Positions 23,343-36,692 are shown, counted from the stretch's first letter. The stretch is DNA of 64,000 nucleotides from Octopus vulgaris (GCA_951406725.2 OX597826.1:75702001-75766000), one strand, 5' to 3'. The notes: generated from the letters alone by a model not told the origin. Made by a program: numbers and translations.

Positions 23343-25394
23343 TAAGGAAGGAAGGAAGAAAGGAAGGAAGGAAGGAAGGAAGGAAGGAAGAAAGGAAGGA
23401 AGGAAGGAAGGAAGAAAGAAAGAAAGGAAGGAAGGAAGGAAGAAAGAAAGGAAGGAAGGAAGGAAGGAAGAAAGAAAGGAAGGAAGGAAGGAAGAAAGAA
23501 AGAAAGGAAGGAAGGAAGAAAGAAAGAAACGAAGGAAGGAAGAAAGAAAGAAGGAAGGAAGGGAGGAAGGAAGAAAGAAAGGAAGAAGGAAAGGAAGAAA
23601 GAAACCAAGGGAGAAAGAAAGGAAGAAAGAAAGAAAGAAAGGAAGAAAGAAAGAAAAGAAGGAAAGAAGGAAGAAAGAAAGAAAGATAGGAAGGAAGGAA
23701 GGAAGGAAGGAAAAAAGAAAAAAGGAAGGAAGGAAGGAAGAAAGGAAGGAAGGAAGAAAGAAAAAAGGAAGAAGGAAGAAAGAAAGGAAGGAAGGAAGGA
23801 AGAAAGAAAGAAAAGATGGATGGAAGGAAGGAAGACAGAAAGAAAGGAAGGAAGGAAGGAAGAAAGAAAGGAAGGAAGGAAGGAAGAAAGAACAAAGAAA
23901 GGAAGAAAGAAAGGAAGAAAGAAAGAAAGAAAGAAGAAAGAAAGAAAGAAAGAAAGAACGAAAGGAAGGAAGGAAGGAAGGAAGAAAGAAAGGAAGAAAG
24001 AAAGGAAGAAGGAAAGGAAGAAAGAAAGGAAGGAAGAAAGGAAGAAAGAAAGAAATAAAGAAAGAAAAAAGAAAGAAAGAAAGAAAGGAAGGAAGGAAAG
24101 AAGAAAGAATGGAAGGAAGGAAGAAAGAAAGAAAGGAAGGAATAAAGAAAGAAAGGAAGGAAGGAAGGAAGGAAGAAAGAAAAAAGGAAGGAAGGAAGGA
24201 AGAAAGGAAGGAAGGAAGGAAGAAAGAAAGGTAGGAAGGAAGGAAGAAAGAAAGAAAGGAAAGAAGGAAGGAAGGAAGGAAGAAAGGAAGGAAAAAAGAA
24301 AAAAGGAAGGAAGGAAGAAAGAAAGAAAGGAAGGTAGGAAGGAAAGAAGGAAGGAAGGAAAGAAGGAAGGAAGGAAGGAAGGAAGGAAGAAAGAAAGGAA
24401 GAAAGACAGGAAAAAAGAAAGAAAGGAGAAGGAAAGAAAAAAAGAAAGGAAGAAAGAAGAAAAGGAAGGAAGGAAGGATGGAAGGAAGAAAGGAAGGAAG
24501 GAAGAAAGAAAGGTAGAAAGAAAGAAAGGAAGGAAGGAAGAAATAAAGAAAGGAAGGAAGAAAGAAAGAAAGGAAGGAAGGAAGGGAGGAAGGAAGAAAG
24601 AAAAAAGGAAGGAAGGAAGAAGGAAGAAAGGAAGGAAGGAAGAAAGAAAGAAAGAAAGGAAGGAAGGAAGGAAGGAAGAAAGAAAGGAAGGAAGGAAGGA
24701 AGAAAGACAAGAAGTAAGGAAGGAAGGAAGAAGGAAGAAAGAAAGGAAGAAAGAAAGGAAGAAAGAAAGAAAGAAAGAATGAAAGAAAGAAAGAAAGGAA
24801 GGAAGGAAGGAAGGAAGAAAGAAAGGGAAAAGAAAGGAAGAAAGAAAGGAAGAAAGAAAGGAAGAAAGAAAGAAAGAAAGAAAGGAAGGAAGGAAGGAAG
24901 GAAGATAGGAAGAAAGGAAGGAAGGAAAGAAGAAAGAAAGAAAGGAAGGAAGGAAGGAAAGAAAGAAAGAAAGAAAGGAAGGAAGGAAGGAAGGAAGAAA
25001 GGAAGAAAGAAAATAGGAAGGAAGGAAGGAAGGAAGAAAGAAAGGAAGGAAGGAAGGAAGAAAGAAAGGAAGGAAGAAAGGAAGAAAGAAAGGAAGGAAG
25101 GAAGGAAGGAAGGAAGAAGGAAGAAAGAAAGGAAGAAGGAAAGGAAGAAAGAAAGGAAGGAAGAAAGAAAGGAAGAAAGAAAGAAAGAAAGAAAGGAAGG
25201 AAGAAAAAAGAAAGAAAGAAAGGAAAGAAAGAAAGAAAGGAAGGAAGGAAGGGAGGAAGAAAGGAAGGAAGGGAGAAAGAAAGGAAGGAAGAAAGAAAGG
25301 AAAGGAAGGAAGGAAGGAAGAAAGAAAAAAGGAAGGAAGGAAGGAAGAAAGAAAGGAAGGAAGGAAGGAAGAAAGAAAGAAAGAAAGAAAGAAA

Positions 25395-25431
<37 letters not shown>

Positions 25432-26024
25432 GAAGGAAGGAAGGAAGGAAGAAAGGAAGAAAGGAAGAAAGAAAGGAAGAAAGAAAGAAAGAAAGAAGCA
25501 AGAAAGAAAGAAAGAAAGAAAGGAAGAAAGGAAGGAAAGAAAGAAAGAAAGAAAGGAAGGAAGGAAGGAAGAAAAGAAGGAAGGAAGAAAGAAAGGAAGG
25601 AAGGAAGGAAGAAAGGAAGGAAGAAAGAAAAAAGGAAGGAAGGAAGAAAGAAAGAAAGGAAGGAAGGAAGAAAGAAAGAAAGGTAGGATGGAAGGAAGGA
25701 AGAAAGAAAGAAATTAAGGAAGGAAGGAAGAAAGAAAGGAAGGATGGAAGGAAGGAAGGAGGAAGGAAGAAAGAAAGGAAGAAAGAATTGAAGAAAGAAA
25801 GAAAGAAAAGAAGGACGGAAGGAACGAAGGAAGAAAGGAAGGAAGGAAGGAAGAAAGAAAGGAAGTCAGGACGGAAGGAAGGAAGAAAGGAAGAAAGAAA
25901 GGAAGAAAGAAAGGAAGAAAGAAAGGAAGAAAGAAAGGAAGGGAAGAAAGGAAGGAAGGAAGGAAGGAAGAAAGGAAGAAAGGAAGAAAGGAAGAAAGAA
26001 AGAAAGAAAGGAAGAAAGAAAGGC

Positions 26025-26058
<34 letters not shown>

Positions 26059-26241
26059 GAAGGAAGGAAGAAAGAAAGAAAGAAAGGAAGAAAGAAAGAA
26101 AGGAAGGAAGGAAGGATGGAATGAAGGAAGGAAGAAAGAAAGAACGGAAGGAAGGAAGGAAGAAGAAGGAAGAAAGAAAGAAAGAAAGGAAGGAAGGAAG
26201 GAAGAAGGAAGGAAGGAAGAAGGAAGAAAGAAAGAAAGAAA

Positions 26242-26306
<65 letters not shown>

Positions 26307-27862
26307 GAAGGAAGGAAGGAAGGAAGGAAGAAGGAAGGAAGAAAGAAAGAAGAAAGGAAGGAAGAAGAAAGGAAGAAAGAAAGGAAGAAAGAAAGAAAGG
26401 AAGGAAGGAAGGAAGGAAGGAAGAAAGAAGGAAGGAAGAAAGGAAGGAAGGAAGGAAGAAGGAAGGAAGAAAGAAAGAAGGAAGGAAGAAAGAAAGGAAG
26501 GAAGGAAGGAAGGAAAGAAGAAGGAAGGAAGGAAGGAAGGAAGGAAGGAAGGAAGGAAGGAAGGAAAGAAGGAAGGAGGAAAGAAAGAAAGGAAGAAAGA
26601 AAGAAAGGAAGGAAGGAAGGAAGAAAGAAAGAACGGAAGGAAGGAAGGAAGGAAGAAAGAAAGAAAGAAAGAAGGAAGAAAGAAAGAAAGGAAGAAAGGA
26701 AGTAAGAAAGAAGAAAGAAAGAAAGAAAGAAAGAAGGAAAGAAAGAAAGGAAGGAATGAAGGGAAGGAAGGAAGGAAGGAAGGAAGGAAAGGAAGGAAAG
26801 GAAGAAAGGAAGAAAGAATGAAAGAAAGGAAGAAAGAAAGGCAGAAAGAAGAAAGAAAGGAAGGAAGAAGGAAGGAAGGAAAGAAGGAAGGAAGGAAAGA
26901 AAGAAGGAAGGAAGGAAGAAAGAAAGAAAGAAGGAAGGAAGGAGGAAAAGGAAGGAAGAAAGAAAGAAAGGAAGGAAGAAAGAAAGGAAGGAAAGAAAGA
27001 AAGAAAGAAAGAAGGAAGGAAGGAAGAAGGAAGGAAGGAAGGAAGAAAGAAAGAAAGAAAGGAAGATAGGAAGAAAGAAAGAAAGAAAGAAAGAAGGAAG
27101 GAAGGAAGGAAGGAAGGAAAGAAAGAAAGAAAGAAAGGAAGGAAGGAAGGAAGGAAGGAAGAAAGGAAGGAAGGAAGGAAGGAAGGAAGGAAGGAAGGAA
27201 GGAAGGAAGGAAGGAAGGAAGGAAGGAAGGAAGGAAGAAATGAAGGAAGGAAGAAAGGAAGGAAGAAAGAAAGAAAGGAAGGAAGAAAGGAAGGAAGGAA
27301 GGAAGAAAGAAAGAAAGGAAGGAAGAAAGAAAGAAAGGAAGGAAGGAAGAAAGAAAAAAGGAAGGAAGGAAGGAAGAAAGGAAGGAAGGAAGGAAGAAAG
27401 AAAAAGAAAGGAAGGAAGGAAGGAAGGAAGAAAGAACGAAAGGAAGGAAGGAAGGAAGAAAGACAGGAAGGAAGGAAGGAAGGAAGGAAGGAAAAGGAAG
27501 AAAGAAAGGAAGAAAGAAAGAAAGTAAGAATGAAAGAAAGAAAGAAAGAAAGGAAGGAAGGAAGGAAGGAAGAAAGGAAGGAAGGAAGGAATGTAGGAAG
27601 GAAGGAAGAAAGGAAGGAAGGAAGAAAGAAAGGAAGGAAGGAAGGAAGGAAAGAAGGAAGGAAGGAAGGAAAGAAGGAAGGTAGGAAGGAAGAAATGAAG
27701 GATGGAAGAAAGAAAGAAAGGAAGGAAGGAATGAAGGAAGAAAGAAAGAACGGAAGGAAGGAAGGAAGAAAGAAAGAAAGAAAGACAGGAAGGAAGGAAG
27801 GAAGTAAGAAAGGAAGGAAGAAGAAAGAAAGAAAGAAAGAAAGGAAGAAAGAAAGAAATAAG
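20780..27862. repeat. ~7.1-kb polypurine/polypyrimidine (GAAG/GAAA)n low-complexity satellite
   Basis: Almost only A/G on the + strand. Produces the 1082-2403 aa F/L/S/P pseudo-ORFs. Confidence 0.98.
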
Positions 27863-29071
27863 GACATGCATGAACTTCACAACGCTCGGCCGTCACGTCT
27901 TGAAACTTTTTTATACCCGATGCCTTAATTGTCTGCAGAACCAGACCATTAAATTACAGGCTTTAAAATTCCATTAGCGGGAGGGGGGTCACCCTTTATT
28001 TTTATCCCTCTGATTATTGGACGGTGTTCAATCAACTTTACTGTTTTCCAAGTTGGGTGACGACCAAATGAAAGGGCATAAATATTTGATCGCCCCTTGA
28101 GTGGCAATTTGAATACGAGCCAAGCGAAGCATGAAATTAAAGCGATACCAGTTGTCTATTCCCTCTGTGCTTGCCTTGATTTCTTTTGATTTATTGAACG
28201 TGTACAGATAGGGGTATGTCTGGCAATTAAGAACCATAGATGACCGATTTCACTGGGTAGAGGAGGCGATCGACTGAAGAAAATAAATCATTGACATTAA
28301 TTACTCGGAGACTTGAAAAACAATTAGTTAATTTCTGTTAGCATATTGAATCTAGTGGGCATCAAAAGTCTAATTAGAAATATTTATTCAATGAAGAAAA
28401 TAGTTGAGTTCAATTGTAAGTATTACAGGTGCGTGGTTCGGGTATTCGGTTCACGATCGTCGGGTTGTGAGTTCGATTGCAAGTGGGACGTTGTGACATT
28501 CAGCAAGACACTTTATTTCACGTTGCTCCAGTTCAGTACCTGTAAATTATTCAGGTAATAAAGAGGTTCTGGGGCATCAGAGTCTGGAGAGTTGGTGTTT
28601 TACCTGTATTTCAATCATTCTGGTAAGCACTGAAGACAACGAGAATATTTCCCGATTATTAAACCTCTTAACAGAAGAAAATACTCCACCTTATTTGCTA
28701 CAGTCGTGGTAACAGATCTACTATGTACAGGGCTAATACTGTACTCATGCACTCGTTAGAGTGCACAGTTAAAATGTTAACACCAACTTAACTATTGATT
28801 CTCGTGCGGATAGCGTCTTTGAGTTATTAATATAAGGTGTACCTGCTGAAGAAGACTTCGCCAAGCAAATTATTTTATTTGCTAAAAAAAGGTCTGAAAC
28901 CATTGGTACAGGAGTTAGATGGTAAATGTTTTTATTATTTATTCCCTTCGAAATTTTATCCCTAATAGTGGTTTGGAATTTAACTGTTCTCTCTAGCGTG
29001 CAAGGAGTCCTATGATGGATGCCTCTTATGTACACTTATCTACTCTTATGTACACTTTATATATATATATA

Positions 29072-29248
29072 TAATTACAGAAAAACAAAAGACGAAGACA
29101 AGTGTATAAACAACAAGCAGGTGTATTAGTTTGACGCTCAGGAAGGTGAGAAAGTCTTTTATGTTTCGAGCCTACGCTCTTCAACAGAAAAGAATACAAG
29201 GAAAGAGAGAATTTTAAAAATTTATAGAGTTAGCGGTCAATCGTGGCG
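29072..29248 (-). mobile_element. Solo Penelope 3' terminal region with the CUGUUGA hammerhead-like motif
   Basis: Close match to 1797-1985 (AAAGTCTTTTATGTTTCGAGCCTACGCTCTTCAACAGAAAAGA...TAGCGGTCAATCGTGGCG); abuts (TA)n. Confidence 0.8.
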
Positions 29249-29482
29249 TCCATCTTCCAAATTCACTCACAGAGATTTGGCCGGCCCGAGGCTAAAATAG
29301 AAGGCACTTGCCCAAGGTGTCACGCAATTATAAAAATGTTTTGCCACACAGCTACGCCTGCGCCTGTTAACACACCTTTTTACATATCTTCTCGTTTGAT
29401 CCCGTTTAGTCGCCGCAGCAAAGGTAATCTATTACTACCGGTTGAGGTGATGAACGGTAAGTCAATATTTTGTGATGCTTTA

Positions 29483-29662
29483 AGGTGGTGAGTTGGCCAG
29501 ATCGTTAGCTTAGCGGCATTTCGTCTGCCGCTACGTTCTGAGTTTAAATTCCGCCGAGAGCGACTTTGCCTTTCATCCTTTCGGAGTCGATAAACACCGG
29601 GCTCCATTTAATCGACTTATCCACTCCTACAAAATTGCTGGCCTTGTGCCAAAATTTGAAAG
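29483..29662 (+). mobile_element. SINE with the head and central domain of the 7506-8290 family but a different tail
   Basis: GGTGGTGAGTTGGC...GAGTTTAAATTCCGCCGAG...GCCTTTCATCCTTTCGGAGTCGATAAA...AAAATTGCTGGCCTTGTGCCAAAATTTGAAA. Confidence 0.8.
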
Positions 29663-29819
29663 TTCTGTTTTGCAATATATTAGTTCCTTGTGTCGCTATT
29701 TTGATTTCAAATTCTGGCTGGAGTTGTTTGTGAATGTCATCCGTTTGGCGTCGTAGAATCAGTACGGAGGACGAGACAGTCTATTGTATTCGATTGGTTC
29801 GCCTTCCGTAGTATCATGA

Positions 29820-29888
29820 AAATTGTTCGAAAATAATTGTTCGAAAACAATTATTCGAAAACAATTATTCGAAAAACTTATTTGAAAT
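29820..29888. repeat. 15-bp minisatellite (AAACAATTATTCGAA), ~4.5 units
   Basis: Direct reading. Confidence 0.8.
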
Positions 29889-30184
29889 AAATATCATTTG
29901 TGTACTTGATTTTTAATTTTATCATTTTTGTTTAAATAAAATAAAAAATTTAGAATTATTAACATTTCGTATAATTGTCCTTTTGAATAATTTACATCCA
30001 TACAATTTTCCATTCGAATAAATATTTTCAAACAATGTTCACATAATCTCTTCCGTATATAAGTGGTTCTAATTTTACCAACACCAAATGGATGACGTGC
30101 ACGTGTCTGTTTCAACAAGACTTAAACACCGGATTGCGACACAAAGAACTAGAGAACTACAAAGCATTTACGTACTGCTTACCA

Positions 30185-30520
30185 AGAGTTCGTCCACCCA
30201 TCCATCTTCTCTGCCCATTATTCCAGGGAGAGCATGGAAGTAGAGTCTTCAGGCACCTTCTCCATCAGAAGCAACTATATTTACACTTTCTAGACGAGAC
30301 TACGGATGTTACCCAACCACCTCATTTTTAGTCTACCGTTAGGTCCCTTGTTGGTTGGTTCAGCTTGAAAATTTATCTTGCAGTTCTTTCCTGTGATATT
30401 CTAATCACCACAACGCCCGTAGTCCTGGATCTGTGAGCTCTCAATGCGGAGAAGGAGATACTAAACCTGGAGTGACTCCCTGATCGCTAAGCTAAGCACC
30501 TTGAGATCTTTCGAGGGAAC
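30185..30520 (-). mobile_element. RTE-clade LINE 3' fragment
   Basis: ESLQV*YLLLRIESSQIQDYGR..VIRISQERTAR..QAEPTNKGPNGRLKMRWLGNI resembles the RTE C-terminus LLLRIERSQLRWFGH...RPRGRPRTRW. Confidence 0.7.
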
Positions 30521-31423
30521 CCTGCTATTTCCGCTGATTGTATTTGCGATCGTATATCCGCAAGTTCACAAGAAAAATGCTTCGCTTTCTGTTTCTTGTG
30601 GAATAAAGGGGACGTGCCGCTTCTTCCTCAAAACCAACATCATTTGTCATACACGATTCTATACGTACGTGTTAACCGTCAACGCTATGAACTGCTCGTG
30701 CACTCCTTTTCGCCTTCAACATGAAACGGAAAATAAGGCTGGAGAAGAAATGCCTGTTGCAAAGTGTGTTTCGTAAAAGATGGAAGTCTATAGCAAGTAT
30801 GTTGCGAGTGAAAGAACCTGTTTAATCGAGAATATATAAAAAGGAGAAAGCAAAGTCTTCAGTGTGAGTCTGTGGTTTGTGGGGTCGACCGCGTCCTCCG
30901 CTTCGTTTTTTGTTAATCACTCATTAATCATTTAATTGTATATATTTTAATTGTTTGTTTATTCATACGTTTCGTCTCATTCGATACCCTGAACCCCCCC
31001 CCCCAACGTTTGTTTTGTCTGTCCCCGTTTTGTCCCCTCTTTTTCTCAACCTTATGCTGAATAAAGAAATTCTCTCTCTCTCACTCTCCCCCTCTCTCTC
31101 TCTCTCTCTCCCTCTCTCTCCCTCCCTCTCTCTCAACACACACACACAATCGCGCGTGCGCTCCACAACATTCAGCTAGATATCTCATTATAAAGCAACA
31201 TTTACCGGTTACGACAATTTCGAAGCTTTTAGAGATAGATCAATAACTCACGATTCCCGGAACGATGCACGCAGGATGTCGAGTTTACAGTGACACAATT
31301 GCTCCTACATTTACAGACGTCAATAATAATGGCGCTGATGCGTTTGCTCTTTTGTTGGTCTTAGCCATGACGACGGTTATACTGCTGACAGCGGTAAACA
31401 TGCAAACATGGAAACACATTATA

Positions 31424-31622
31424 CAGGGTTATTCAGAAAGAATGAAACGATTTCATTACGCAATATTTTAATTAGGAAAAACAACAGAAAGCTCCAGCTA
31501 AGTCAAAAGGATTTACTCACAATCAACTTTCATTTCCTGTCTTACAAGTGTTCGATGTGGCCACCACCTGCAGCACGGGCAACATCAGTGCGATGAGAGA
31601 ATTCCTCCCAGACGCGTATCAG
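31424..31622 (-). mobile_element. Tc1/mariner 3' end fragment with TIR
   Basis: TA|CAGGGTTATTCAGAAAGAATG terminus. Minus strand LIRVWEEFSHRTDVARAAGGGHIEHL* is a typical C-terminal GxHxEHL motif. Confidence 0.75.
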
Positions 31623-31629
31623 GATATCG

Positions 31630-31767
31630 AAAGCAAGGTCATTATGGAACTAAAGAATAAATTTGCTATGCTTGACGCGATTCCAGAAGATATTGACATA
31701 GAAGGGAAATGGAAAGGCTTCGATAAAGCATTCAACCAGACAGCCAGGGAAGTACTCTGTGGATCGT
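31630..31767 (+). mobile_element. RTE-type LINE internal fragment (EN-RT linker)
   Basis: MELKNKFAMLDAIPEDIDIEGKWKGFDKAFNQTAREVL. Confidence 0.6.
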
Positions 31768-31815
31768 GATATGCTGATACGCGTCTGGGGGGAATTCTCT
31801 TGTCGTACTGATGTT

Positions 31816-32530
31816 ATATTCTTTGAGTTGGTGTTTATGAATGCATTTCCATAACAGAGGGATTTTCTAAGTTTATTTCAGGACAGTCGTTTTTGCGGGT
31901 GGCATTGTAAATTGTTTTAGCAACAACATTGTGCTGCATAGGAAGGCAGTACCGTGACATCATTTTAAGACAGCTGTTAATCACATGCGTGATGTCTTCC
32001 GCAGGAACATAACGTAGCCTACACATGTGGTTGTACCTTGGGATTACAAGAGCGTCACTGTCTCTCTTGTTCACCAGGTACTATGGGGCAAGTGGTCCTG
32101 TGTCCAAGAGAGGCTGCGCTTCGTGTCAGTTCTATTGTCTTCTTTAAGCTTCCGGGCAGCATACGTATGCATAGTCTTTTTCCTTTGTATGCTGAGTACT
32201 TTCCATCCAGGTCTTCTCTGAGGTAAGAGAGCCCAGCTGTTTCGGGGCTGTATAGAAGATCATCAGGAAGAGAGTGTTTCTTGAGGACTTCTCTTCCAAC
32301 ATGTACAATGTTGCTCACTTCACTGTTCAGCACTGCATTAATATATTTATTTTTGCTGCTGTTGTTTTGCAGGTGCTGCCTGGGTGATACCATACAACAT
32401 TTAAAGGCCGTCCGCACTGATCTCAGGCCTCTACCACCTTCATTTCTTCTTAGGTAGAGCCTGTCAACATCACTGTTTCTGTAGAAGTTCCCAGTTTATG
32501 TCAGGATTTTGCGGGTTTTGATATCTATGT
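31816..32530 (-). mobile_element. Dong/R4-clade (restriction-like endonuclease) LINE fragment
   Basis: IDIKTRKILT*TGNFYRNSDVDRLYLRRNEGGRGLRSV and a zinc-knuckle remnant CRLRYVPAEDITHVINSCLKMMSRYCLPMQHNVVAK. Confidence 0.85.
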
Positions 32531-32584
32531 AGTGGATTTCCTCTACGGACCAATCAAGTATCCCAAAAGTTTGGATCAACACTG

Positions 32585-32614
<30 letters not shown>

Positions 32615-32615
<1 letters not shown>

Positions 32616-32750
32616 ACGGGCTTCTTTCAGTTTCCGTCACAAGGCTTTGGTCGGACCAAGGCTATCGTAGAAGACACTTTCCCAAGGTGCTACGCAGTGG
32701 GGTTGAACCCGGAACCATGTGGTTGGGAATCAAGCTTCTTACTACACACC
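32615..32750 (-). mobile_element. CORE-like SINE head half
   Basis: ACGGGCTTCTTTCAGTTTCCGT...GAACCCGGAACCATGTGGTTG matches 19622-19780. Confidence 0.8.
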
Positions 32751-32779
32751 CACGTATATGCGTATGCATTATGCAAGTA

Positions 32780-33163
32780 CAGGGATAATTCGCAGTACGA
32801 GTTTAATTCGTTTTATGACCGAATTCGTCTTGCGATTTACTCGTTTTACAAATAAATTTTCCTCATTGAAATTAACTAAAATATAATTAATCCCGTTCCA
32901 GCCCCGCAAAAACCACTCAAAATAATTTCTTATGGGTTTTAAAACAGAAAAATTGTAGTTACGATTAAATTGACAATTATAAAAAAGAGTATGCAAAAGA
33001 AATTTGTAAACTGGTTTTATTAACTGAATTACCTTAAAGGTGGGGCTGTGTGTTCTTGTACTGCAGATTTCCGCCAGTACATCAAGACAAAAATTCGCAC
33101 GAGTCTCGACTCGTACAGCAAGTCACTCGTACAATGGAGCACTCGTACTGTGAGGTTCTACTG
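32780..33163. mobile_element. Tigger/pogo-type MITE
   Basis: TA|CAGGGATAATTCGCAGTACGAGT versus reverse complement of the right end CAGTAGAACCTCACAGTACGAGT; subterminal CTCGTAC repeats. Confidence 0.65.
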
Positions 33164-33253
33164 CTTATGATTGTGTGTATCTATTTATCCATCCATCCAT
33201 CCACACTATATATATAGATATATATAGAGAGAGATATATAGATATAGATATAG

Positions 33254-33312
<59 letters not shown>

Positions 33313-33994
33313 TGTATGTGTGTGTGTGTGTGTGTGTGTCTGTGTGATGAGTTTTCCTACGTTCTCCGTGGTCGCTGGAAAAGTGAAAATTCTATTTTCA
33401 CTGAGCTGCGTAATGGAATTGAACCTCGAACCACGTGCGTACAGAACAAAACTTTCTCCGACGTATCTACTATCTTCAAAACAACAAACCGCCGTCATTT
33501 TCCGAACTATCTATTTGTACCCGCAAATCTGTTAGGTTGGCTGATAATGGAAGTTACTCTCACAATAAACGAGCATAATTCAAAATAAAACGACATATTT
33601 ATTAAATCCAACTTCACAGAACTGTTTCCATGTCTACATAACTAATCCTATCCGACATACGTATTTGAAACAATACATTTATTCTTTTTTCTTTTAATAT
33701 TTGGTCTGTGTTTTTACAGTAATCGAAAACGTTGAGAAAGGTAGGCCGCAGTTATTTCCCTTACATTTCATATTCGGAAATATATTTGTTTAGTGCGAAT
33801 AGTCTCCCTTGACATCCGTTCAGCTGTTCGTGAGATTAATTTTTTGAGCACCACATTATTGTTTAATCCAGCCGTGGGTCATCGTGACCCGCGGAACTTT
33901 CTGAATGACACTCCTAACGAAAAACAACCCAATATTCGTAATAGTGCCGCCTGCCCATGGCACCTTTTTTTTTCCAATATGCCCTTCTTCTTAA

Positions 33995-34639
33995 CCCTTT
34001 CATTACTGTATTTATTTTGAGATGTTTTTTTACTCTTTCTACTCTTTTACTTGTTTCAGTCATTTGACTGTGGCCATGCTGGAGCACCGCCTTTAGTCGA
34101 GCAAATCGACCCCCAGGACTTATTCTTTGTAAGCCTAGTACTTATTCTATCGGTCTCTTATGCCGAAACGCTATGTTACGGGGACGTAAACACACCAGCA
34201 TCGGTTGTCATGCGATGTTAGGGGGACAAACACAGACACACAAACACATACACACACATACATATATATATATATTTACATATATACGATGGGCTGCTTT
34301 CAGTTTCCGTCTGCCAAATCCACTCACAAGGCTTTGGTCGGCCCGAGGCTTAAGTAGAAGACACTTGCCCAAGGTGCCACGCAGTGGGACTGAACCTGGA
34401 ACCATGTGGTTGGTAAGCAAGCTACTTACCACACAACCACTCCTACGCCTCTATATTTCTTTCAATTAATTATAAATATAACAAAGAATTTATTAAAATA
34501 ATCTAGTTATCATTCAGCTAGTGTTAGAAACATAAATTGTGACTAAGGTTTGGTGGAAGATTTTAATTGAAAAGTTATGAAAACAAGACATTTGTACTCA
34601 GAGCCAGAGGCGGTTTCAGTCGGATTGGTAACGAAAGGG
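33995..34639. mobile_element. piggyBac-type MITE interrupted by a SINE
   Basis: TTAA|CCCTTTCATTAC ... GTAACGAAAGGG|TCAA: 12-bp TIR and a TTAA target site with one mismatch. Confidence 0.75.
34028..34450 (-). mobile_element. Full-length CORE-like tRNA SINE nested in the piggyBac MITE
   Basis: Same sequence as 19375-19780, with the 5' end AGGCGTAGGAGTGG. Confidence 0.92.
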
Positions 34640-34905
34640 TCAAGAGCAGTAGAGGATGAATTAAGTGAAGTTTCGTGGATGTTTCTATCTTTTATTGATC
34701 AGAGGTGCACACAGCACCACCCCGCCAATACCCTCTAATTCTATTCCGTTCCACTCCAGCATTTTCCCAGGGGTCCAGAGGTATAAGTTGACTGAGAACC
34801 GCTGGGTTGCCTGCCCTTCGTTGGCAGGATTTTATTTTTACATAGTGTATTGTCATCGATGTAGATATTTGTAGGAATCGTTTTGTGAAGAACGAGGGAC
34901 ATGGA

Positions 34906-34956
<51 letters not shown>

Positions 34957-35044
34957 AGAGAGAGAAGAAGAGAGAGAGAAGGAGAGAGAGAGAGAGAGGG
35001 GGAGATGAATGAAAGCTACAAAGAGAAGACAGAAAAAGAGAATG

Positions 35045-35112
<68 letters not shown>

Positions 35113-35279
35113 TTAGGTGTCTAGAATACTTATAGTATCAGCTAATGTATTCAAGTACTTCCACACGGTATGACAGATAAAGTGCGAATAGATAGATCAG
35201 TTGAGAGTGAGCTCACCCACTGCCGCTCAAACGATTACACTACAAACAGTAACATACAGTCGCATGCACATTCGCTCAC

Positions 35280-35365
<86 letters not shown>

Positions 35366-35384
35366 GTACACACACACGCATATA

Positions 35385-35586
35385 CTCTTACTTGTTTCAG
35401 TCATTAGACTGTGGCCATGTTGGGGCACCGCCTTGCAGAAGTTACCCTTGTATATGTTCTGTTGGTGTCTCATGCCGAACCGCTAAGTTACTGGGACGTA
35501 AACACACCAAAACCGGTTGTAACGCGTGGTAAGGGGGACAAGCACACTTACCAGCACAAAGATACAGACACACATATGTATGTATG

Positions 35587-35623
<37 letters not shown>

Positions 35624-35700
35624 GACGGGCTTCTTTCAGTTTCCCCCTACCAAATTCACTCACAAGGTTTGGTCGGCCCGAGGTTATTGTAGTAGACACT
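35385..35700 (-). mobile_element. CORE-like SINE, 5'-truncated
   Basis: Tail, internal microsatellite and partial head all match the family. Confidence 0.8.
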
Positions 35701-36574
35701 CTACCTTAAAATAAATGATATTTGTTCCTTATCTTGTACACAATAGCTGGAATTGTTGTGAAGGGTTCTTACTTTATCGGCCCAGAAAGGACGAAAAGTA
35801 AGGCTGACCCCAGCTGGAATTACACTTGTTGTAGCTAAATACAAGACCCTTTGTTCGGCGCTCCACCAGCTTTGCCCCCTCATCTTACCTCGAGTAATAG
35901 TAATATCTAACACAACCACAAGACCCTCAGCTTTAGAAAGAATGAAAAGATAAGCGCGTTTGTTTTGTCTTTATTCTCTGTTGTACAACATCAACATCAA
36001 CAACAATGCCTTCGGTGAAGAGAGTCGGCGAAGCATGTTTGGTCCACTTTCAATGAGAGCAAAAATGAAATTCTAAAGCACAAGCAGGGAAATCTTGATT
36101 TATAAACAATAGAAATACGTGATGCTGCGACGTTCATTCACGCCTATCCAAGTATTAGCTAAGTAAATTAAGCACAGTATATATATTTTTCATGAATGTA
36201 ATTAAAACGACATCGCCGTCTCGAGTGGCTGCCATATTACGTCTTCGCTTCGACGCTCACACTTCATTGTTAATTAAAAACTCGTTAGACAAAGAAGACG
36301 AATTCCTCATTCTACTCGAAACCATTCCGGCAGTTGATAAACGAATGTAATAAGACACAAGATTTATTACAAGGCAGTTACTGTCAAATTGTACAAGATT
36401 TCAACAATATTTCCGCGGTTCTGATACTTTTGTGACCGAGTTTGTGAAGACGCATGAGTCTTGCGAACATGTGGTTATGTAAAGTATATTTTTGTTTGCT
36501 TGTTGTTGGAATGAAATTAATGAATGAACCTATTATGTGTGTAGACAAACACAACATGCGCAGATACATTTACA

Positions 36575-36692
36575 GGCACACATATACATATATATATATG
36601 TGTGTTTGAGCGTGTGTGAGCATATATGTGTATATGTATGTATGCATGTATGTATGTATGTATATATGTATATATGTATATATGTATATATG

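Noticed and set aside
20637-27896. Very long ORFs (up to 2403 aa) rich in F/L/S/P or K/E/R/G
   Set aside because: The pyrimidine strand has almost no A, so stops cannot form, and all frames are open. This is a translation of (CTTT/CTTC)n satellite, not a gene.
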